From NCBI GenBank assembly GCA_039738415.1, contig JBCLLY010000004.1:6956-70955 (forward strand): 64,000 nt of DNA. Reading direction: 5' to 3'. The position numbers and the translations under genes were made by a program. Under the pieces are notes generated by a model that ran no database searches, had not been told where the DNA came from, and was given only the letters and a program-made list of their open reading frames with translations. Origin of the DNA: Candidatus Levyibacteriota bacterium (GTDB taxonomy: Bacteria; Patescibacteriota; Microgenomatia; Levybacterales; GWA1-39-11). This document shows, piece by piece, positions 47,509-54,548 of this stretch; the first letter of the stretch is position 1, and the number at the start of each line of letters is the position of its first letter.

Positions 47509-49056
47509 TTAAAATTTAATAATTGGTCTTGAAATAAAATAAACTAAAACCAAGGCTGCAAGTACCGTTAGAGTGTTGCTTAGAGTTCTTACTAAATCAT
47601 CCTGGAAGAAGATATAAACCCTATCATCATACTGTTTGAGATTAAATTCAATAACTCCTAGTTCATTATCGTAATTAATTTCTCTTTCTTCTCCCTCTAC
47701 AAATACTTTCCACCCCGGCCAATAAATAGTATTTAACCTTATTATTGAATCAGAGTTAACCCTTGTTTGAAACTCTATCTTATTAGAGCTAACTATTAAG
47801 TCACTAATTTCTGCATCTCCTGAAATAATTTCAACTTTGCTTTCCGGACGGGAAGTTGGGGGAGACTTTACCCATACAGGCATATACTCACCATGCACTG
47901 TCGTAGTTGCTTCATTGGTCGAGTAGAATTCATCTGGGTTATTTGAATATTTTTGATCAGACAAATATTTATAACCTGAGAACGCTAACAAGCACAACAT
48001 AATAATTACAGCAACGACTTTTATTTTCTTGAATAATATATACGATATATATGAGGCGAAAAAACTTACTGCAACAATACTTAACGAAAGCATTCTAAAT
48101 GGAAATTGGATAAAGGAGGCATTAACATTTTCCCAGAAAAATGTACTAATATTGGTGCTTAAAAAAATTGAAATAATAAATATTATTGATAAAAATATAA
48201 GCAAACTTCGGTACGGTACTTTTTTAAAATCTTCCCTATAAATAATAAAAGTTAGAAGTGCTACTGCTGTAAATATTACAAATGACACAACTCCGATAAG
48301 ACTTACCTGCGCAAAATATTCTAAAGGATTAGAAATTAAAGTTTCAAAAAATTTAGTGTATTTAAGCTCAAATATGGCTGGTATAGTAAAGAAAGAAGAC
48401 AACAGTCCTCCTAAAATAATTCCCGGAAGAGATCTTAAAAAAGATTTTCTTAATAATGCATAGATTGGAATTAATGGCAGAAAAAGCACAGCAAGAGAAT
48501 TGTGAAATATTAAAATTGAAAAGACAGAGAGTGCTATTAAAATAGTACTCCCCTTCTCTATTCCGTAAAAAACTAAAGGCAATACTGATATCGAAAGTGC
48601 TTCGCCCAACGACCCCCTTTTATATATATCAAAAAGATGATATGGGGAATATACATAAATTAACGACCCGACTGCCGAATCTACTCTTCCAAAAAGTCTT
48701 CTAAGCCATAGGTAGGAAAATACTCCTGAAAAAATTAGAGACAATCCAAAAAGTATTTTTACCGTATCTATAAAACCAAAACCAATTAAATGTATTAAGG
48801 ATCCTAGATAAAGATATCCGGGATAAAGAAAATTGGACACTGGATATCCGTACCCGAAGTTAAGCCGCTCCAAAAATCTTGCAGGTATTTGTCCGTCCCG
48901 CAAAGTATCGTAAAAAGCAGACAAGCGGATAATCATCCACCCTCCGTCATCAGTTACGATAAACCCCTGATTTAATAACGGAATAATTGCAGGAACCGTA
49001 AGAAAAACTACAATCAAAATAAAAGGGGCGTTTTTAAATATTTCCGGTACTCTCAT
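47509..49056 (-). CDS. polytopic GT-C-like protein, paralog family C
   Basis: 515 aa. VTDDGGWMIIRL...DGQIPARFLERLNFGYGYPVSNFLYPGYLY, with C-terminal IYWPGWKVFVEGEEREI plus a TM. Confidence 0.68.
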   Translation of the reverse strand: MRVPEIFKNAPFILIVVFLTVPAIIPLLNQGFIVTDDGGWMIIRLSAFYDTLRDGQIPARFLERLNFGYGYPVSNFLYPGYLYLGSLIHLIGFGFIDTVKILFGLSLIFSGVFSYLWLRRLFGRVDSAVGSLIYVYSPYHLFDIYKRGSLGEALSISVLPLVFYGIEKGSTILIALSVFSILIFHNSLAVLFLPLIPIYALLRKSFLRSLPGIILGGLLSSFFTIPAIFELKYTKFFETLISNPLEYFAQVSLIGVVSFVIFTAVALLTFIIYREDFKKVPYRSLLIFLSIIFIISIFLSTNISTFFWENVNASFIQFPFRMLSLSIVAVSFFASYISYILFKKIKVVAVIIMLCLLAFSGYKYLSDQKYSNNPDEFYSTNEATTTVHGEYMPVWVKSPPTSRPESKVEIISGDAEISDLIVSSNKIEFQTRVNSDSIIRLNTIYWPGWKVFVEGEEREINYDNELGVIEFNLKQYDDRVYIFFQDDLVRTLSNTLTVLAALVLVYFISRPIIKF

Positions 49057-49235
49057 ATTTTCCCTCTTTTTCTTACAACACTTACTATTATAACCAATAA
49101 AGCACCGCTAATAGACAACAATGAAATCCACAATCCTACCTTAAAGGATAACGGCTCGTATCTATAAATTACCTCATGCGCGCCTTTAGGTAAAAATACA
49201 GCTCCAAATGCAGATACTGTTTCCTTTTTGATCAT
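49053..49235 (-). CDS. 60-aa stand-alone YfhO/GT-C C-terminal tail module (beta-strand plus TM anchor); split gene or relic
   Basis: AVFLPKGAHEVIYRYEPLSFKVGLWISLLSISGALLVIIV mirrors the last ~50 aa of the family-C/YfhO proteins. Its ATG lies 8 nt after the upstream stop, and it has a 4-nt ATGA overlap with the next gene. Confidence 0.5.
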   Translation of the reverse strand: MIKKETVSAFGAVFLPKGAHEVIYRYEPLSFKVGLWISLLSISGALLVIIVSVVRKRGKI

Positions 49236-49243
49236 AAATTCCT

Positions 49244-50770
49244 CTAGTCTTTTACTACTACTCTATAAATAGTAAGAGTATTATTTTTATCTGCTTTTTT
49301 ATACTCTGCAATTTTTTCAAGGGGCCAACCTAGCGGTGCTGCTCCTGGATATTCACATTGAGGACATGGTTGATAATAAACAAAATACGCTTCTTTAGTT
49401 CTTGCAATTTCTAGGACGTCTTCAGGGATAGTATCGTTAATTGGCCAGTATCCCACCACTTCAATATTTGGATTTGTCCCTAAATAAATTTCGTAAGAGT
49501 ATGGCATTAGACCAAAAGTGCCCTGCGTGCCAATAAATATTTCCTTGTTTTTTGCTTGCTGCTCAAAAAACTCAACAGACTCCCTTACTCCAGTACCGGC
49601 TGGCCATCCTCTAATAAATTGCCCGAGGTCAATTTCTGCAATCGGTGCATTTTCAAAATCCTTTAAAATCTTTACATCTACATATACCAAAAGCCCGGTA
49701 AAAACAGCTATTATTAAAAACTTAAGATATATTTGCTTTACTCTAGTAATCAAATACATTAAAGAGTATGCTGAAAGTATTAATAGAGGGATTGTCATAA
49801 AGAAAATAAATCTGGGATAAATAAGTTTTCCGAATATCGCCAACCCCATAAATGGACCCAAAAACCACAGAAATAAAAGCGCTTTCTCCCGGAAATATCT
49901 TTTTGGCTCGATTACAAATGAAGAGAAAACAAGAACTACAATAGGAATGGTCATATAAGTAATTACCCAATCCGTCATTCCGGAAAGGTTACTAGGAAGA
50001 TAAGTAAATGGGTGCTCTACCCATTCAAAAAATGGATACACAAATGTAGAGTTTTTTTGCTCAATTATATGAAAGAACGGTGATAGTCTTAATATTGAGT
50101 AAAAAAAGTATGCTAAAAATACTGATATTCCCAGTAATGCTACCCATTTAAAAAATCTTCTGACTAAATCTTTTTTTCTTAAATCAAACAGAATGAGCAG
50201 AAGCGGAGATAAATAAATAAATAAGAATCCCGAAGATTTAGTGAGAACTGCTCCACCCAAAATAAATCCTAAAACTAATGCTACATCTAATCTTAGTTTC
50301 CGGACCAATAAAACACTAAAAAATAATGCCCAGACTGAAAACATAGCAACAGCCGAGTCGTATAGTGCCATTTTGTCGTAAACTAAAGCAAAGGGAAAAA
50401 TTACATACAGCAGTGACGCAAGAATTGACAAATTCCTATTTTTAAAAAGTATTTGGGTTAAAAGAAAAACTCCAGTCAACGTTCCAAATCCTGTAAAAAC
50501 AGAGACCATCCTACCCGCAAGTAACGGGTCTTCAAAGAATCTAAGCATAACGAGCTGAAGCCAAATAAATGAAGGCTGCTTACCGTCCGTTAATGAGATG
50601 AACCTCCACGCAGAATCATTGTATGCTATTTGCGCCCATCTAGTATAAATTGCCTCATCAGTGAATATTGGCAAACTCATAATATTATAAATGCGCGTTA
50701 AAAAATATGAAGCGATAATAAGCAGTATCGCGCCTATTTCGAAAATATACTTACTGATAAATTTCATCAT
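49244..50770 (-). CDS. ArnT/GT39-GT83-like GT-C glycosyltransferase
   Basis: 508 aa. First loop LPIFTDEAIYTRWAQIAYND, about 12 TM segments, and a soluble C-terminal domain with CPQC. Confidence 0.7.
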   Translation of the reverse strand: MMKFISKYIFEIGAILLIIASYFLTRIYNIMSLPIFTDEAIYTRWAQIAYNDSAWRFISLTDGKQPSFIWLQLVMLRFFEDPLLAGRMVSVFTGFGTLTGVFLLTQILFKNRNLSILASLLYVIFPFALVYDKMALYDSAVAMFSVWALFFSVLLVRKLRLDVALVLGFILGGAVLTKSSGFLFIYLSPLLLILFDLRKKDLVRRFFKWVALLGISVFLAYFFYSILRLSPFFHIIEQKNSTFVYPFFEWVEHPFTYLPSNLSGMTDWVITYMTIPIVVLVFSSFVIEPKRYFREKALLFLWFLGPFMGLAIFGKLIYPRFIFFMTIPLLILSAYSLMYLITRVKQIYLKFLIIAVFTGLLVYVDVKILKDFENAPIAEIDLGQFIRGWPAGTGVRESVEFFEQQAKNKEIFIGTQGTFGLMPYSYEIYLGTNPNIEVVGYWPINDTIPEDVLEIARTKEAYFVYYQPCPQCEYPGAAPLGWPLEKIAEYKKADKNNTLTIYRVVVKD

Positions 50771-50791
50771 CTAATTATACACGTGAGCGAT

Positions 50792-51973
50792 TTATCTATG
50801 CAATTTACTAAAAGTCTTTGAACCAAATATAAAATATGAAGCAAGACCAAAAATAACCCCTAACACAATTAACATATTTTTATAATTTAAGATATCTTCC
50901 GGCCATATTCCGTTATAAAGAAACGGAACATATGAAGCAAGAATAATAAAAGATAATACAACGAAAATAAACCTTAAAAGCCTGTTTTCACAAAGAGCAA
51001 TAAGAGGGGCAACTAATAACAGATACCATGGTTGGAACTCCGAACCTTTGTTCTGACCTGAAGCAAGAGAAGTCGCAACAACCGCGAAAATGAGTAATGC
51101 CAAAGAGATTTGAATTATTTTTCCGTCACTAATTTTTTTTATAAACATCTTTATAAATAAAACTGGTAATAGAACTACGGTCGCATACTTTATACCAATA
51201 GAAATAATTAGACTTATCACTGAAAGTGTATTTCTCTTTAAAAAGAGCAAATATAAAGATAGAACCGCAAAAAACACCATTATGACTTCATTGTGCGCAG
51301 AAACTAAACCTTCGACTAAAACCAGTGGGTTTAAGGCAAATAAAACAATTGCTAAATGTACATTTTTTAACTTCAAATGCTCTGCGATTTTTTTTACTAA
51401 ATGCACAGTTGCTAAAAATGCTATTCCATTTAATAACTTAAATAGAAAAAAGCTAAGAAGAAATATTTCGTTTGCTATAAATGTTATAGGGACTGTTGCC
51501 ATAAGCCATACTGGTCCATACGGATATACCCTGTGAGTTGAGCGCATAAAGGATAACATCGGATCATTTGCAAAATCTAACGGCTTAAATTCGTATGGGT
51601 TAAGTCCATAGTAACTTACAATTCTTGCGTCAAAAATGTAATTAAATAAATCATAAGAAAACGCATTGTACGAAGGAATTAAAATTGCAGCCACTAAAAT
51701 TATTACTGTCCACAATGTTTTTTTATTAATTTTATTTTTTGAAACTAAATATATAGTCCATAAAAATAGAATGAATAAAAAAGAGATAATCCCAACATAT
51801 AGATAGGTAGAAAGTGGACGATCAAACCATCCTACGTACTGAAATGCTTTTTGTATTTCCTGCCAAATTGAAACCCTTGATAAAGTTAAAGATAAATCAA
51901 CCTGAGTAAATGAATAGAGAAACAAAGCTGAAACCCCAAGAAACCATAATGAAATGAGTGATTTATTAAGCAT
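50792..51973 (-). CDS. polytopic membrane protein, DUF2029/GT87-like (putative polyprenyl-P-dependent glycosyltransferase)
   Basis: 393 aa. YDLFNYIFDARIVSYYGLNPYEFKP...HRVYPYGPVWL resembles the mannosyltransferase-like DUF2029 loop. Confidence 0.5.
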   Translation of the reverse strand: MLNKSLISLWFLGVSALFLYSFTQVDLSLTLSRVSIWQEIQKAFQYVGWFDRPLSTYLYVGIISFLFILFLWTIYLVSKNKINKKTLWTVIILVAAILIPSYNAFSYDLFNYIFDARIVSYYGLNPYEFKPLDFANDPMLSFMRSTHRVYPYGPVWLMATVPITFIANEIFLLSFFLFKLLNGIAFLATVHLVKKIAEHLKLKNVHLAIVLFALNPLVLVEGLVSAHNEVIMVFFAVLSLYLLFLKRNTLSVISLIISIGIKYATVVLLPVLFIKMFIKKISDGKIIQISLALLIFAVVATSLASGQNKGSEFQPWYLLLVAPLIALCENRLLRFIFVVLSFIILASYVPFLYNGIWPEDILNYKNMLIVLGVIFGLASYFIFGSKTFSKLHR

Positions 51974-52003
51974 ACTTTCAAACTTGCACTTATGTAAATT
52001 AAC

Positions 52004-52097
52004 CTAATTGATCTAAGTGCTCTAATTGACCTAATTTAATTACGTAATTGGGATTTGATTAGATTAATTAGAAATTAGAATCATTAGAAATTAATTG
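52004..52097. repeat. degenerate short tandem repeats filling an intercistronic spacer
   Basis: 9-mers ctaattgat, ctaagtgct, ctaattgac and ctaatttaa (52004-52039), then repeated attagaa/attaatt motifs up to 52097. Confidence 0.7.
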
Positions 52098-52846
52098 TAA
52101 ATTCCTTCCATTATATTTCTTTTTATTCTAAATAGATCAAACAGCCCCTCAATAGAATCCTTAATCGGACTGACCCTCCTCGTCTCTACATAAAGCCAAA
52201 TAACAGGAACTTCTTTTATTTTATACCCTTTATTTTCGGCAACAAATAGGAGCTCTATATCAAATCCTGCTGTCACAGATGAACCCTTTATAGTCTTAAA
52301 TCCACCATGAACTTCTCTTATTTTTCCAAATATATCTTTCGCTGCTTTTTTTGTAAATAACTTAAAACCACACTGGGTGTCTTTAATTCCAGGGATACCT
52401 ATTATAATAGAACGAAGAGTTATCATTCCCTTTGCCATCATTTTACGTGTAATTGGGGCCCCCCTTCTTTGTCCTTCCCTAGACCCTATCACAACATCAA
52501 ATCCCTTATCTACATACAACAATAGCTTTTCCAACTCTTCAATGGGCGTTGCCTGATCCATATCTGTAAATAAAATATAATCCCCTTTTGCGCTTATAAC
52601 TCCCTGAGTTACAGCTCCTGCTTTACCACTATGTTCTCCCTCTATTAGGCGGACTTTTTTATTCTCTTTTATAAATTTAGCTACGAACTCACGGCTTCCA
52701 TCGGTGCTACCATCATCGACAACTATTACCTCATAATCATACTTTTGCCGGGAAAGATAGGTTAACACCTTATCAAGCGTACCTTTCTGGAGATTGCCCA
52801 TCTCATTGTACGAGGGGATAACAACAGAAAGAATAAAATTAGTCAT
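52091..52846 (-). CDS. GT2 polyprenyl-phosphate sugar synthase-like glycosyltransferase (ALG5/DPM1-like); first gene of the minus-strand block
   Basis: 251 aa. LSVVIPSYNEMGNL, VVDDGSTDGS, and FTDMDQATPIEEL. Confidence 0.8.
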   Translation of the reverse strand: MTNFILSVVIPSYNEMGNLQKGTLDKVLTYLSRQKYDYEVIVVDDGSTDGSREFVAKFIKENKKVRLIEGEHSGKAGAVTQGVISAKGDYILFTDMDQATPIEELEKLLLYVDKGFDVVIGSREGQRRGAPITRKMMAKGMITLRSIIIGIPGIKDTQCGFKLFTKKAAKDIFGKIREVHGGFKTIKGSSVTAGFDIELLFVAENKGYKIKEVPVIWLYVETRRVSPIKDSIEGLFDLFRIKRNIMEGIYN

Positions 52847-52852
52847 ATGGTT

Positions 52853-52860
52853 ATTATACA
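52853..52860 (-). promoter_or_regulatory. extended -10 element; leaderless-type promoter at the head of the glycosylation block
   Basis: Minus-strand tgtataat ends 6 nt before ATG 52846, with no SD. Confidence 0.55.
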
Positions 52861-52891
52861 GAAAAAAAGGGCTTATTTGAAACTATTTTAT

Positions 52892-52920
52892 TTGATAAGT
52901 GTACTTAAATTCCATATAAT
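52892..52920 (+). promoter_or_regulatory. sigma70 promoter driving the tRNA-fragment / GIY-YIG / tRNA-Glu unit
   Basis: ttgata (52892-52897), 17-nt spacer, tataat (52915-52920). Confidence 0.6.
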
Positions 52921-52939
52921 ATCTAGGCTGAAATGCTTT

Positions 52940-53007
52940 CGGCCCCATAGTTCCCGACGAATTCCATTCGTGCGGGATTCCGATAGAATAGCGTATCGGG
53001 ACTAGCG
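52940..53007 (+). other. 5' fragment of tRNA-Glu interrupted by a 50-nt double-hairpin insert
   Basis: cggccccatagt (52940-52951) equals 53258-53269. The insert spans 52952-53001 and folds into hairpins 52952-52977 and 52978-53001. ctagcg (53002-53007) equals 53270-53275. Confidence 0.6.
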
Positions 53008-53018
53008 ACAAAATTAAC

Positions 53019-53273
53019 GTGTATTTTACTTATATAATCAAAAGTTTAAAAAATGGTAAATACTATATAGGTAGTACTAACAATATTGAAAGAAGGGTTT
53101 CGGAACATAACACGGGTCATTCAAAATACACTAAGAATAAGGGACCATTTGAACTAGTATATAAAGAAGAATATAATACCAATTCGGAGGCAAAAAAGAG
53201 AGAATATTATTTCAAATCATTAAAAAGTAGTAAAGCAATTGAAAAATTAATACATTACGGCCCCATAGTCTAG
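53019..53273 (+). CDS. minimal GIY-YIG nuclease domain protein (YhbQ/COG2827-like)
   Basis: 84 aa with a GTG start. YFTYIIKS...KYYIGSTNNIERRVSEHN and EAKKREYYFKS. The stop codon TAG 53271-53273 lies 15 nt inside tRNA-Glu. Confidence 0.85.
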   Translation: MYFTYIIKSLKNGKYYIGSTNNIERRVSEHNTGHSKYTKNKGPFELVYKEEYNTNSEAKKREYYFKSLKSSKAIEKLIHYGPIV

Positions 53274-53330
53274 CGGTTAGGACACTTGGTTCTCATCCAA
53301 GAGACCCGGATTCGAATTCCGGTGGGGTCA
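53259..53330 (+). tRNA. tRNA-Glu (anticodon CTC)
   Basis: 72-nt manual cloverleaf. Acceptor ggcccca/tggggtc (one G-U pair), D-arm gtctagcggttaggac, anticodon arm cttgg-ttCTCat-ccaag, T-arm ccgga-ttcgaat-tccgg, discriminator A. No encoded CCA. Confidence 0.85.
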
Positions 53331-53496
53331 CCCTTCGACAGGCTCAGGATTTTACACTAAATATCTGAAGTACAAACGCATCTATTGCATTCACGCGGGT
53401 TCGCTATTCAGTAAGTACTATAGTATAATGATTATGGTTCTATACATTTTCTAATTCTCCCCGTTCTTGGAATTACAGTCTGTATCTCATCTCATT

Positions 53497-54537
53497 ATGA
53501 AAAAACTTATAAATAACCGCTATGCTAATTATTACCTGAATGCTGCGGATAAACTTGGTCTCAAGTATAAAATTATTAATAGTCAGGCAGCTTTAGCAAG
53601 AATTTATGATGACGACAAGTCAATTGAACTAAGTGCAAATGTACTTAGTCTAAATTCTCAACTGAGTGCTGCTCTTGCAACAAACAAAAAGAAAACTTCA
53701 TTACTTCTTAGAGATGAAAACATCCCGGTCCCTGACTTTAAGACATTTAGAGATCCAAAGCTTGCGGAAAAATATCTTTTGAATAAACTAAAAGGAATTC
53801 AAACATACGTAGTAAAACCTTTAAGCGGGTCACTTGCAATTGGGATTACCATAAACCCAATGACATATGGTCAGGTAGTACAAGCACTAAAGGAAGCGTT
53901 TGAAGAAAACTCAGAAATAATTATTGAGAAGTATATTCCCGGACAGCACTACCGCATTACCGTACTGGATGACGAAGTTATTGCAATCACTCAACGACTT
54001 CCAGCTTATGTCGTAGGAGATGCACAAAAAACCGTAGAAGAACTTATTGCGGAAAAAAACATAAAAAGAAATATACGTAACCTTCCACCAATAATTCTCC
54101 GCACAAAAGACCATAATTACCTGAAAACCAAGAAAATTAAAACTAGCACCATTTGTCCTGAAGGAGAACAATTAACTTTACAATTGGGGTGTGATATGAA
54201 TATAGGAGGAGAAAGAAAACGCATCGACAGAGATTTCGTTCCTGAGATAAATAAAGATTTATTTATAACGGCAGCCAGAACTTTGGACCTGCGCTTCGCC
54301 GGCATTGATTATATTTCTCCAGACATTACCATACCCTATACTCGGGTTGTAAGCGCTATAAATGAAATAAATAGTGCTCCTCATTCTGACGTGCATTACC
54401 GCGACACATATCCATTTGACAATTACGCTGCAGAGAGAATAATTGAGAAAATATTTGGCAGGGATATTCTCAACGTGCAAAATCCGCTTCTCAACAGTGA
54501 AGCGGCAGTGGATATTTATTCACCTTTTATCGGATAA
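53497..54537 (+). CDS. ATP-grasp ligase resembling the N-terminal (G) domain of cyanophycin synthetase / RimK-like
   Basis: KKKTSLLLRDENIPVP, YVVKPLSGSLAIGI, IIIEKYIPGQHYRITVLDDEVIAITQRLPAYVVGDAQKTVEELI, GCDMNIGGERKRID, LRFAGIDYISPDI, and INEINSAPHSDVHY. ATG 53497 is preferred over TTG 53467. Confidence 0.7.
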   Translation: MKKLINNRYANYYLNAADKLGLKYKIINSQAALARIYDDDKSIELSANVLSLNSQLSAALATNKKKTSLLLRDENIPVPDFKTFRDPKLAEKYLLNKLKGIQTYVVKPLSGSLAIGITINPMTYGQVVQALKEAFEENSEIIIEKYIPGQHYRITVLDDEVIAITQRLPAYVVGDAQKTVEELIAEKNIKRNIRNLPPIILRTKDHNYLKTKKIKTSTICPEGEQLTLQLGCDMNIGGERKRIDRDFVPEINKDLFITAARTLDLRFAGIDYISPDITIPYTRVVSAINEINSAPHSDVHYRDTYPFDNYAAERIIEKIFGRDILNVQNPLLNSEAAVDIYSPFIG

Positions 54538-54548
54538 TTTATTATAAT

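Noticed and set aside
54538-54548. Expected terminator between the convergent ATP-grasp and lon genes
   Set aside because: Only 11 nt (tttattataat) separate the two stop codons, and no hairpin can form there.
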